Part shown: positions 54,933 to 64,000 of the stretch, piece by piece | Position numbering within the stretch: the first letter of the stretch is position 1 | How the letters are laid out: every line of letters begins with the position of its first letter | From: an uncultured cyanobacterium | GTDB lineage: Bacteria; Cyanobacteriota; Cyanobacteriia; CAKZMO01 | Direction: 5' to 3' | Assembly (NCBI GenBank): GCA_963719515.1 | Contig: CAVRCJ010000006.1 | Span: 128,001-192,000 of the forward strand | Length of the DNA: 64,000 nucleotides | Position numbers and translations under genes: made by a program | The notes under the pieces: model-generated | What the model saw: the letters and a program-made list of their open reading frames with translations, nothing else | What the model was told of the DNA's origin: nothing | Database searches by the model: none

Positions 54933-55919
54933 TTAACCCCCTATCTGCGACATGGTGCGGCCATATTGGCCGCTCGCCGTGCCGCTCTCCCGCTGCTTAA
55001 AGTTGATATCGGGCTTGATGTGGATGAGGTTCTGGACCTGCTCCCGTAGCTCGGCCATCGGCGCCCCCGCTCTGAGAGCCGACTTGAGGTCAAGTTGGTC
55101 TGTTTCATTGAGTAGGCAGGGCCGCAGCCAGCCGTCTGCGGAGAGCCGCATGCGGTTGCAGCGATCGCAAAAGCATTCCGACATTTGGCTGATAAACCCC
55201 ACGGTGCCCCGAGCGCCGGGAATTTGGAAGACGTCGGCGGGGCCATTTCCGGTGACCTGTCCTGTGGTCAGTCCCCACCGCTCCCGAATTTGCTGACGCA
55301 GGGTTTCAGAGGCGATCCACTGGCGATCGCCAAATAGCTCAGGGTTGCCGATGGGCATGAATTCAATAAATCTTACGTGCCACTCCTGCTCTAGGGTAAG
55401 GGCGGCGAGGTCGAGCACTTCACCGTCGTTGACCCCTGGGATCACGACCACGTTCAGCTTCAGCGGGTTGAACCCGACCTGATGGGCGACCTGAATGCCC
55501 TGCCACACCTGCTGCCAGCGCAGCGGGCTCTTGCCGCCGGTGATGCGAGTAAAGGTGTCGGGGTTAAGGGAATCCAGGCTGATGTTGAGGCGGCGCAGCC
55601 CAGCGGCGTAGAGGTCCGAGGCGACCTCCGCCAGGCGGAAGCCGTTGGTGGTCAGGGCGAGATCCTGGGTCTGGGGCAATTCGGCAATCTGCCGTACCAC
55701 CTCGACCACGTCGCGGCGCAGCAGGGGCTCGCCTCCGGTCAAGCGAAATCGGGTAAACCCACAGGGAATAAACACCTCTTTGAGCAGCCGCAGCAGCTCG
55801 CTCTGGCTCAGCCAGTCTTCGCGGGCGGCGTAGGTGATAGCCTCACCCTCAGGCATGCAGTACTGGCACCGGAAATTGCAGCGATCGATGAGGCTGACGC
55901 GCAGGTAGTCGATAGTCAT
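54933..55919 (-). CDS. moaA: GTP 3',8-cyclase
   Basis: CNFRCQYC radical SAM motif, FCDRCNR, C-terminal MSQIGG. Confidence 0.97.
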   Translation of the reverse strand: MTIDYLRVSLIDRCNFRCQYCMPEGEAITYAAREDWLSQSELLRLLKEVFIPCGFTRFRLTGGEPLLRRDVVEVVRQIAELPQTQDLALTTNGFRLAEVASDLYAAGLRRLNISLDSLNPDTFTRITGGKSPLRWQQVWQGIQVAHQVGFNPLKLNVVVIPGVNDGEVLDLAALTLEQEWHVRFIEFMPIGNPELFGDRQWIASETLRQQIRERWGLTTGQVTGNGPADVFQIPGARGTVGFISQMSECFCDRCNRMRLSADGWLRPCLLNETDQLDLKSALRAGAPMAELREQVQNLIHIKPDINFKQRESGTASGQYGRTMSQIGG

Positions 55920-56062
55920 AAGCCGAGAACCAGGGAGAAGGGAACGCTGCCGCGACGGGGACCGCCACGCCGATAGAACTAGGGACTGCTAGAATACCGA
56001 TTTCCGATGATTGTAGCGTAGCCCTCTTTCTATCACTGCCGTCCTAGCACCGACAGTTCTCT

Positions 56063-57205
56063 ATGGTCAACCTCCCTCGCTCAGGCTATACCCTCCCCGT
56101 GTTCGCCTGCGGCGCAGCGGTTGCCGCCCTCAAATCGCTGCAGGCAACGCCAGGGGCGATCGCTTCTGAGCCCCTGCCCTCAGTCAGCATTGATCTCATC
56201 ACCCCCCCTCAAAGGGTTGATATTGCCGTCGAGCAGGTGGCGCGACTCGATAGCGACTCGGCCCTAGCTGTCACCCGCAGTCAGCCAGGGGACAACCTAG
56301 ACATCACCCGCGACACGCCAGTTTGGGCCTGGGTGCGCTGGGCCAGTTCAGCGCAAGTAGATCCCATTACAATCCTAGGCGGGGAGGGGCTGGGCCAGCA
56401 GGCCGACAGCGGAAAGCCCGCTATCTATCGCTACGCCCAGCAGCTCCTGCAGACCAATCTTTTAGGCCAGCTCCGGCCCGGCGAGCGGATTCAGGTCACC
56501 CTCATCCTGCCCGAAGGGCGGCAGCTCGCTGAGCGGACCTCCAACAGCGCCTTTGGCATCGTCGACGGACTTTCCCTGCTGGGCACCTCCGGCATCGCCC
56601 AGCCCCTCAGCGCCCCCCAGCAGTTGGATCAATATCGTCAGGCCCTGCAGCGATCGCCCTACCGAGACTGCTTGGTGCTGTGCATCGGGGAGAACGGCCT
56701 GGACCTCGCGCGGCAGATGGGTATAGACGCGGCGCGATCGCTCAAAACGGCGAACTGGATCGGCCCTATGCTGGTGGAAGCCGCTGCCCAAGGGGTTGAG
56801 TCGATTGTGCTGCTGGGCTATCACGGCAAGCTGCTGAAGCTGGCCGGAGGAATTTTTCATACCCACCACCATTTGGCCGATGGACGACAGGAGATTTTGG
56901 CAGCCTACAGCGCGGAGATGGGATTGCCCACCGCTGAGGTACGGGCCGTATTGGCTAGCCCTACGGCGGAAGCAGCGCTAGGGTATCTACGTGATTTGGG
57001 GTTACCCCCCGAAGCAGACCTTGCCCAAAGCTGGGCCGATGCCATCTATCAGCGAATTGCCGCCCGCATTGAGCAGCGCTCCCGCGACTATATCTATCAG
57101 CTCGCTCAGCGCCGAGTCTCCGTCGGGTGCTTGCTCTTTGATCGGCAGCGCCACACCGTAGTGAAGGGAGAAATTGCTGCCGCACTTCTTCCTCAAGTTT
57201 GCTAA
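56063..57205 (+). CDS. cbiD: Cobalt-precorrin-5B C1-methyltransferase
   Basis: SGYTLPV, RTSNSAFGIVDGLSLLGTSG and KLAGGIFHTH motifs. Confidence 0.95.
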   Translation: MVNLPRSGYTLPVFACGAAVAALKSLQATPGAIASEPLPSVSIDLITPPQRVDIAVEQVARLDSDSALAVTRSQPGDNLDITRDTPVWAWVRWASSAQVDPITILGGEGLGQQADSGKPAIYRYAQQLLQTNLLGQLRPGERIQVTLILPEGRQLAERTSNSAFGIVDGLSLLGTSGIAQPLSAPQQLDQYRQALQRSPYRDCLVLCIGENGLDLARQMGIDAARSLKTANWIGPMLVEAAAQGVESIVLLGYHGKLLKLAGGIFHTHHHLADGRQEILAAYSAEMGLPTAEVRAVLASPTAEAALGYLRDLGLPPEADLAQSWADAIYQRIAARIEQRSRDYIYQLAQRRVSVGCLLFDRQRHTVVKGEIAAALLPQVC

Positions 57206-57498
57206 GCTGATTTAATACATATTTATATTTGAAAGGCCTGCCGCTGAAGACTGCACTCACGCATTCGAGATAATGCGCCCAAGTCTGCCAGTTCAAGCCA
57301 GCTCACCTCACTTCACAGCCATTATCGAGGGTCTGCATCTCCGTTCAACGCAGACTTAAAGCCCCTCTAGCGATCCGCTAACCCATGAGCGATCGCCCAC
57401 AGTTGGGCTAACTCTCGTGTAGATCGATGAGTTAACTCCCCCCTTACCCCTATAGCCGCACCTACGGTTTAGCGCCCATCTACATAGCAGGTAACCCA

Positions 57499-59106
57499 GT
57501 GTCTCTACACACCGAACAATCGCCTTCCCAAGCGATCGCCACCGCCATCAACCGTCAGATGATCGTCATCTTGGATTTTGGCTCTCAGTATTCTGAGCTG
57601 ATCGCGCGTCGTATTCGGGAAACTCAAGTCTACTCAGAGGTTTTGTCCTACCGGACGTCGGCAGAGCAGCTGAGACAGCTCAGCCCCAGGGGCATTATTC
57701 TCTCTGGTGGACCTAGTTCGGTGTACGCGCCGGGTGCGCCCCACTGCGACCCTGAGATCTGGAACATGGGCCTCCCAATTCTGGGCGTGTGCTACGGCAT
57801 GCAGCTCATGGTTCAGCAGCTGGGCGGCGACGTCTGTCAGGCGGACCGGGGTGAATATGGCAAGGCATCCCTCTTCATTGACGACCCCACGGACCTGCTG
57901 ACCAACGTCGCTGAGGGGTCGACCATGTGGATGAGCCATGGAGATTCGGTAACGCGGTTGCCCGACGGGTTTGAACAGCTCGCCCACACCGATAACACCC
58001 CCTGTGCGGCGATCGCCCATCCCCAGCGGAAGCTATACGGCGTCCAGTTTCACCCAGAGGTGGTTCACTCTACCGGCGGCAGCGCGCTGATTCGTAACTT
58101 TGTCTACCACGTCTGCAGCTGCGAGCCGACTTGGACGACAGAAGCCTTTGTGGACGAGTCCATCCGTGAGATTCGGGCCAAGGTGGGAGACAAGCGAGTG
58201 CTGCTGGCTCTCTCGGGCGGCGTTGACTCTTCGACCCTGGCGTTTCTTTTGCACCGGGCCATCGGCGACCAGCTCACCTGCATGTTTATTGACCAAGGCT
58301 TTATGCGTAAGGACGAGCCCGAAAGGCTCGTAGAGCTCTTCGAGCGGCGATTCCATATTCCGGTGGTTCACGTCAAAGCTGGCGATCGCTTTCTCAAGCA
58401 AGTCGAGGGAATCACCGACCCAGAAGAAAAGCGCAAGCGCATCGGTCACGAGTTTATCCAGGTGTTTGAAGAGCAGTCGCGGGATTTGGGTCCCTTTGAC
58501 TATCTTGCTCAGGGTACCCTCTACCCCGACGTCATTGAGTCGGCTGACACCAACGTCGATCCAAAAACCGGCGAACGCGTCGCCGTCAAGATTAAGAGTC
58601 ATCACAACGTCGGCGGCTTGCCTAAAGACCTCAGATTTAAGCTGGTTGAACCTTTACGAAAGCTGTTCAAAGATGAGGTGCGCCGCGTCGGTCGCTCGAT
58701 TAGCCTGCCGGAGGAAATCGTGCGCCGTCATCCCTTCCCCGGACCGGGGCTGGCCATTCGCATTATCGGGGAAGTGACGGAAGAGCGCCTTGAAATTTTG
58801 CGGGAAGCAGATTACATTGTGCGAGAGGAAATCAGCAGCTGCGGCATGTACCATGACTTTTGGCAGGCCTTTGCCGTGCTGCTTCCCGTTCGCAGCGTTG
58901 GCGTCATGGGAGACCAGCGCACCTATGCCTATCCCATTGTGCTGCGGCTGATTTCTAGCGAGGATGGCATGACGGCGGACTGGTCTCGAGTTCCTTACGA
59001 CCTGCTAGAGCGGCTCTCGACGCGCATTGTCAATGAAGTCGCCGGAGTGAATCGCGTGGTCTATGACATCACGTCGAAGCCCCCCGGAACTATCGAGTGG
59101 GAGTAG
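57499..59106 (+). CDS. guaA: GMP synthase
   Basis: DFGSQY, GVCYG, FHPEV, SGGVDS and KPPGTIEWE motifs. Confidence 0.98.
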   Translation: MSLHTEQSPSQAIATAINRQMIVILDFGSQYSELIARRIRETQVYSEVLSYRTSAEQLRQLSPRGIILSGGPSSVYAPGAPHCDPEIWNMGLPILGVCYGMQLMVQQLGGDVCQADRGEYGKASLFIDDPTDLLTNVAEGSTMWMSHGDSVTRLPDGFEQLAHTDNTPCAAIAHPQRKLYGVQFHPEVVHSTGGSALIRNFVYHVCSCEPTWTTEAFVDESIREIRAKVGDKRVLLALSGGVDSSTLAFLLHRAIGDQLTCMFIDQGFMRKDEPERLVELFERRFHIPVVHVKAGDRFLKQVEGITDPEEKRKRIGHEFIQVFEEQSRDLGPFDYLAQGTLYPDVIESADTNVDPKTGERVAVKIKSHHNVGGLPKDLRFKLVEPLRKLFKDEVRRVGRSISLPEEIVRRHPFPGPGLAIRIIGEVTEERLEILREADYIVREEISSCGMYHDFWQAFAVLLPVRSVGVMGDQRTYAYPIVLRLISSEDGMTADWSRVPYDLLERLSTRIVNEVAGVNRVVYDITSKPPGTIEWE

Positions 59107-59170
59107 CTAAACTTCTTTCAGAAGCGTCGCGCGGATTTGCTATAAATCATTAGTTCAGCTGCAGGGTCAT

Positions 59171-59224
59171 CTGTGGAAAACTCCGCTTTGCCTGTGGAAA
59201 ACTCCGCTTTGCCTGTGGAAAACT
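59171..59224. repeat. 21-bp tandem repeat (2.6 units) with three TGTGGAAAA (TTTTCCACA) motifs
   Basis: CTGTGGAAAACTCCGCTTTGC x2 plus CTGTGGAAAACT. Confidence 0.9.
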
Positions 59225-59351
59225 TGTCTGGGACAAAGAAGTCGACGGGATAGGGCTCCGGTACGACGTTAGAATACGGGGTGTAAACCTCTGACAAAGT
59301 TTAACGCTGTCTTCGTTAGCCCTTGTTGTTGTCACCGTTGAGTTTAGTCAC

Positions 59352-60836
59352 ATGCCGGGACCGTTTGAGACCTCTGATCCAAGCCGTCAAACCGACGCCC
59401 CCTCCAATAGTGCAGCTGACGCAACGGACAACCCGTTCGAAGCAGGTTTGCCGGGTCGTCGTCGCAAAGCGGCTGTCACTTTAACGGCAGTGTGGAGCAG
59501 CACCATCGCCCTCCACATTATTCCGGGGGGAACTTGGATCGTGATCGGGCTAACGGCTCTAATCGGCGTTCACCTGGTGCGGGCTATGTTTGCCCCATTT
59601 CTGGTGGTGCCAAGACCTTTGGGGGAATCAGCGGACTATCCCTACATCTCGCTGCTCGTTGCCGCCAAGAATGAAGAGGCCGTCGTTGCCGATTTAATCA
59701 AGAATTTATGCAATTTAGACTATCCCGCTGAGCAATACGACGTCTGGCTCATCGACGATTACAGCACCGATCAAACGCCAGAGATTTTGGACCGCCTGTG
59801 TCAGGTTTATCCCAACCTCAATGTGATTCACCGGTCTGAGAACTCGGGGGGCGGCAAGTCAGGGGCGCTCAATCAGGTCTGGCCGCTAACGCAGGCCGAT
59901 ATCATGGCCGTGTTCGATGCTGATGCCCAGGTTCCCTCTGACCTGCTTCGCCGCGTCGTGCCGCTCTTTGACCAGTCCGAAGTGGGAGCGGTTCAGGTGC
60001 GAAAAGCGATCGCCAACTGGCCTACAAACTTTTGGACCCGAGCCCAAAGTGGGGAGATGCTGCTCGACAGCTACGTCCAAGAGCGGCGCATCGCCATCGG
60101 AGGGATGGGAGAGCTGCGGGGCAACGGGCAGTTCGTTCGCCGCGCCGCGATTGAGGACTGTCACGGCTGGAACGAAGAGACCATTACCGATGATCTTGAC
60201 CTCACCCTACGGCTGCACCTCAACCGCTGGGATATCTTGCACCTGCCCGATTCTGCTGTGGGGGAAGAAGGCGTTACGGATATTACGGGACTTTGGCACC
60301 AGCGCAACCGCTGGGCTGAGGGAGGATACCAGCGCTACTTGGACTACTGGCGACTGATTGTTCAAAATCGGTTGGGGACGCGAAAGACCCTCGACATGGC
60401 CGTGTTCTGGGTTATTCAGTATCTGATCCCCACCACAGTGCTGCCCGATGTGCTGATGGCGATCGCCCGAAATCGCCTGCCGGTCTTTAGCGCGCTGACT
60501 ACCCTGGCGACGAGCTTCTCTGTAGTCGGCGTAACCTTGCAGCAGTGGCGACTTCATCGCTCGGCCCGTGCTAGCCTGCAGCCTACCCTGGCTCCACAAG
60601 GGAAAGCGTCAGCCCCCACCCTATCCAAGCTGCCAGATTTGCCCGACCAGCGGCTGATTGCAGGGATAACGATTCTCTTTCGCAGCCTGCGAACAACCCT
60701 ATATATGCTGCACTGGATGGTAGTCATCGCAAGCACCTCGCTTCGAATCTCAATTCGGCCAAAGCGCTTAAAATGGATCAAAACGGTGCATCGGGGTAGT
60801 AGAGATGACGATAGCAGCGTTTTGATTAACCTATAG
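59352..60836 (+). CDS. mgdA: GT2 glycosyltransferase, monoglucosyldiacylglycerol synthase
   Basis: GRRRKAA, DDYSTD, GGKSGALN, FDAD, TDDLD and QRNRW motifs. Confidence 0.85.
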   Translation: MPGPFETSDPSRQTDAPSNSAADATDNPFEAGLPGRRRKAAVTLTAVWSSTIALHIIPGGTWIVIGLTALIGVHLVRAMFAPFLVVPRPLGESADYPYISLLVAAKNEEAVVADLIKNLCNLDYPAEQYDVWLIDDYSTDQTPEILDRLCQVYPNLNVIHRSENSGGGKSGALNQVWPLTQADIMAVFDADAQVPSDLLRRVVPLFDQSEVGAVQVRKAIANWPTNFWTRAQSGEMLLDSYVQERRIAIGGMGELRGNGQFVRRAAIEDCHGWNEETITDDLDLTLRLHLNRWDILHLPDSAVGEEGVTDITGLWHQRNRWAEGGYQRYLDYWRLIVQNRLGTRKTLDMAVFWVIQYLIPTTVLPDVLMAIARNRLPVFSALTTLATSFSVVGVTLQQWRLHRSARASLQPTLAPQGKASAPTLSKLPDLPDQRLIAGITILFRSLRTTLYMLHWMVVIASTSLRISIRPKRLKWIKTVHRGSRDDDSSVLINL

Positions 60837-60885
60837 AGACTGCCCCGCTGACGCTGCATGAGATTACCGCGCTATAGATCTGTTC

Positions 60886-61713
60886 TTGATGGGACGAACT
60901 GAATCCATAACCCAGACCTTCTCGGCCCTCTGCTTTCTTGCAGCTGGCCTACTGTTTGGCGGTCGCGTTTTCTCTAGCGTTTTCTCCTCTAGCCTGCCTG
61001 CTGAGGCGAGTGCCCGGGCAGATTTTTCTTCAAGGTTAGGGGCGTTGGATGGAGGCCAAGCCTTTCAAGAAGTGCGAGATACCTCTCAGTTTGACGAGAG
61101 CGCTTTTGCGGATAGCTCCGCGACAGCCCCGATACAGCATCAAGCGGCACGTCAGCCCGATGCAGTGTCCGCTGCGCTACCGGCGAGCAGCCCTGGGGAG
61201 GAGGCCAAATCTGCCGCCGCGCCTGAACAGCCGCTGCATTCTGGCATAGCTTCGGTATTGCCCCTAGCCCGCTCCGCCCTAGAGACGCTGCCCGCAACCG
61301 CTAGCGTTGCTGCGGGCGCTACTACGGCAGATTTGGCCGTGGTAGATTTGAGCGATCGCCGCGTCTATCTCTACCGCAATGATGAGATTTTGGCAGATTA
61401 TTCCATTGCCGTGGGCCGGACGCATTGGGAAACGCCAACGGGCGAATTTCGCGTCATTGAGAAGCAGGAAAATCCCGTATGGCGACATCCCTTTACCCGT
61501 GAGCTTGTGATGCCGGGTGCGGATAATCCGTTGGGCACGCACTGGGTCGGGTTTTGGAGCAATGGGACGCACCAGATTGGCTTTCACGGCACGAATCAGG
61601 TCGATGCTATCGGGCAGGCCATTTCCCACGGCTGCATTCGGATGCAAAACGCGGACGTTCAAACCCTCTACGCGCTCCTGCCGATGGGATCAGCGGTTAC
61701 CGTTCGCCAGTAG
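60886..61713 (+). CDS. L,D-transpeptidase (YkuD)
   Basis: TPTGEF, NPLG, GFHGT and SHGCIRM motifs. Confidence 0.93.
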   Translation: MMGRTESITQTFSALCFLAAGLLFGGRVFSSVFSSSLPAEASARADFSSRLGALDGGQAFQEVRDTSQFDESAFADSSATAPIQHQAARQPDAVSAALPASSPGEEAKSAAAPEQPLHSGIASVLPLARSALETLPATASVAAGATTADLAVVDLSDRRVYLYRNDEILADYSIAVGRTHWETPTGEFRVIEKQENPVWRHPFTRELVMPGADNPLGTHWVGFWSNGTHQIGFHGTNQVDAIGQAISHGCIRMQNADVQTLYALLPMGSAVTVRQ

Positions 61714-61734
61714 AGCCCTTAAACCAAGGCTTTG

Positions 61735-62589
61735 TCACTGCAGGTCATCGGGTTCCTCAAGGGGAAGCGCCTGCTTCTGAGGCTCGGCCTGAGGAATCTC
61801 GATCTCAATTGCCTCTTCGATAGCCTCCTCTGTCGGCAAAGCTCGTAGATCGGGAAGCTCGATCTTCTCTTGAGGCTTTTCCTTTAAGTTCAGCGGCACG
61901 GAGAGAGGCTGGTCGAGCCAGCAGCTTGCCGTCGGTAGGGTGTGCTCTAAGTCTTCTAGCGGCCTCGGAATGATCATTACGGAGTGAAGCTCGCCAATGC
62001 GCTCTGCCTCCTGCATCCCTCGCTCAATGGCAATGGTGACGTCAGCGACGTTGCCGCGAATGATAGCGGTGCATAGGCCCGATCCAATCAGCTCGTAGGA
62101 GGCGAGATGCACCTCAGCAGACTTAAGCATGGCATCGGCTGCGCCCACCATGGCCGGAAATCCTCGCGTTTCCAGCAGCCCCACGGCCTGCTTGCTGAGC
62201 CGGCTGTAGCCTCGATCTTCCACAAGCCTCGCTAGCTTGCTGCCAATAGGCAACACGGCGTCTAGGTTGGGCAAAGGGCGGGGAATCACTGATTTGGAGA
62301 CGAATTGACCAAACTGCTCTGCGATCTCTGCGCCGCTCTCTACCGCAATCTTGACGTCAGAAAAACGTCCTCGGACCACGGCAGTGCAGTATCCGCTGCC
62401 AATCTTTTCGTAGCCTAATAAAGTGACGCTGGCGGACTTGAGCATCATGTCCGCCGTACCGATGATGGCCGGGAAGCTACAGGTGGAAACAAGACCTAAG
62501 GCCATGTTGGCAAAGTCTGGACGACGCTGCGACGCATCCGACTGAGATGCTGCCCGAGACGCTATATTTTTAGACGCCATGTTTGCCAT
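61735..62589 (-). CDS. ccmO: Carboxysome shell protein CcmO (tandem BMC)
   Basis: Two BMC domains (ADMMLKSA, ADAMLKSA); downstream of ccmN. Confidence 0.93.
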   Translation of the reverse strand: MANMASKNIASRAASQSDASQRRPDFANMALGLVSTCSFPAIIGTADMMLKSASVTLLGYEKIGSGYCTAVVRGRFSDVKIAVESGAEIAEQFGQFVSKSVIPRPLPNLDAVLPIGSKLARLVEDRGYSRLSKQAVGLLETRGFPAMVGAADAMLKSAEVHLASYELIGSGLCTAIIRGNVADVTIAIERGMQEAERIGELHSVMIIPRPLEDLEHTLPTASCWLDQPLSVPLNLKEKPQEKIELPDLRALPTEEAIEEAIEIEIPQAEPQKQALPLEEPDDLQ

Positions 62590-62707
62590 AAATTTTCACC
62601 GTCAGTGCCATACACCAGTAGTGCTCTAGCGCGATCGCTTCCCAAATTCAGGGCCTGAGCTACCTAACCTTACCTTTTGAGAAATTTGACGAAAAGTCAG
62701 GAGAGGG

Positions 62708-63298
62708 CTAAGGATCTTCAGACTGCTGGGGGGACATCATGCGCCTAAGCCGCTCTACAACCACTCGCCCATACACCTGGGTCGGACGCATAGGGACTTT
62801 AGAGTTGGGGGGAGAAGATGTGTCTGGCGGCGCGGCCTCTGCCGCTGACTGACGCTCTTCAACGGCAGCTTTAGAGACCGTTTCTTCAACAAACGTTTCT
62901 TCAACAAACTGCTGCTGATCCGAGCGCTGCTCACCCCAGTGGCCGCCAAATTCTGGCTCACCAATAACGGTCCCAGGTTCAACAAGCTGTCCCGGCTCGA
63001 CTGACACTTTGAACAGCAGTGACGTATTTGCGCCCACGCAGGCCCCTGAGCCAACTCGGCCTTGTCCCATGATTAGAACGCCTGAACCCAGTGTAACCTG
63101 AGCAGCGAGGGATAGTACCCCACCTTGGGCATGAAGCAGCGCTCCCGAACCAATAGAGACGTTTGGCCCAACCACGAGGCGACTGTCAGAATCGGCCTGA
63201 AGAAATACGCCAGGGGCGATCGCGGCCGAGGGATGAACCTGGACATCGCCGCTAATGTAAAAGCAGGAGTCGCGTCTCAAGTTAGAAGGCACATCCAT
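62708..63298 (-). CDS. ccmN: Carboxysome assembly protein CcmN
   Basis: Hexapeptide repeats; C-terminal VYGR...RL encapsulation peptide. Confidence 0.9.
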   Translation of the reverse strand: MDVPSNLRRDSCFYISGDVQVHPSAAIAPGVFLQADSDSRLVVGPNVSIGSGALLHAQGGVLSLAAQVTLGSGVLIMGQGRVGSGACVGANTSLLFKVSVEPGQLVEPGTVIGEPEFGGHWGEQRSDQQQFVEETFVEETVSKAAVEERQSAAEAAPPDTSSPPNSKVPMRPTQVYGRVVVERLRRMMSPQQSEDP

Positions 63299-63376
63299 GA
63301 ACGAGGTGAGTTGAAGTTGGGGTGACTAGTCCTATTTGACGCAGCCGAGGGGGGCGCAGCCCACTCGACCACACAG

Positions 63377-64000
63377 CTAAGGGCGCTGGATAATAGTCTC
63401 TAGCACTCGGCGCTTCGCCTTGGGGTCTATCCCAATCAGCCGGACATACTCGCCGGTGTGCTCAGCCATACAGCCCTCCAGTTCGTTGACCACCTGCGGA
63501 AGCTGAGTGGCCTGAATGGGAGAGCAGCTCTTCCATGAGGAGGTTTGAAACCGGCGAGTGGTAGCATGCTCAGTGCCAATGCGATGGCCCTGGCGCAGGA
63601 GGTTTTTGATCTGATCGATAGTGTCTTGCTCGAGACTCTGGCTGCTCACAGAACCACTTTTGTAGGGAGCATTGTAGCCGTTCGAAGCTCCTTTCACGCC
63701 GCTCGTCGCAGTGGCCACGGGCCTCACCTGGGGTTGAGACGGCAGCGTTGAAGACCCGTCGGGACGCTGAACGATTGTTTCAAGGACCCGGCGTTTTGCC
63801 GCTGGATCAATGCCAATTAGACGGACGTACTCCCCCTGGTGCTCTGCTAAACAGCGCTCTAGGCCAGAGAACACGTCAGACTCTCGGCTGGAATCAATAG
63901 GCGGGCAGGTGTGCCAAGACGAAGTGCGAAACCGGCGCGTGTCGGCATGCTCCATCCCAATGCGGTAGCCCTGAGACAGCAACCCCCTGATCTGCTGCAC
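63377..64000 (-). CDS. ccmM: Carboxysome protein CcmM, C-terminal RbcS-like repeats (5' end beyond the window)
   Basis: Two SSUL domains EHA..RRF.TSSW...EYVRLIGIDP.AKRRVLETI.QRP. Confidence 0.96.
   Translation of the reverse strand: MQQIRGLLSQGYRIGMEHADTRRFRTSSWHTCPPIDSSRESDVFSGLERCLAEHQGEYVRLIGIDPAAKRRVLETIVQRPDGSSTLPSQPQVRPVATATSGVKGASNGYNAPYKSGSVSSQSLEQDTIDQIKNLLRQGHRIGTEHATTRRFQTSSWKSCSPIQATQLPQVVNELEGCMAEHTGEYVRLIGIDPKAKRRVLETIIQRP

Noticed and set aside
55920..57498. Cobalamin, Moco or purine riboswitch near moaA, cbiD or guaA
   Set aside because: No conserved riboswitch core sequences recognised in these spacers
59100..59350. oriC
   Set aside because: Only three boxes, no adjacent dnaA/dnaN and no clear AT-rich unwinding element
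1..64000. Abundant GCGATCGC octamers as a novel repeat
   Set aside because: This is the well-known cyanobacterial HIP1

Overview
Chromosomal window of a beta-cyanobacterium: form IB rbcL-rbcX-rbcS, ccmM-N-O, psaAB, psbK and dense HIP1 GCGATCGC octamers. It is probably a filamentous, moderately GC-rich lineage (inference). Most of it is housekeeping: crtE, folD, map, purN, labA, leuA, malQ, rodZ, nnr, mnmA, sat, ccaA, ilvE, ureC, cbiB, rpsD, moaA, cbiD, guaA, mgdA and tRNA-Leu(TAG). The accessory part is about 39.5-47.5 kb. Highlights: (1) Two 392-bp copies (1 mismatch) of a non-coding IS200/IS605-type element, each inserted 3' of TTTAG and ending in TCAC. Each carries an internal promoter-like motif and a predicted ~250-nt structured RNA running out of the right end (omegaRNA-like). 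The pair brackets a peptidoglycan-binding gene, and a related solo left end lies at 15.7 kb. (2) An AT-rich, HIP1-free island encoding an RHH protein and a PIN-like protein fused to a LeuA-type allosteric domain, with a divergent Zn-ribbon gene and a PG-binding membrane protein gene. (3) A hyperacidic 514-aa repeat protein with one K, one R and no H/C/W/Y. (4) A cysteine desulfurase relic with a deletion junction next to a HIP1 site. (5) A cluster of frameshifts at 27.17-27.62 kb, probably an assembly error. (6) Three phased TTTTCCACA DnaA-box-like motifs. Family calls come from motif recognition, not database searches.
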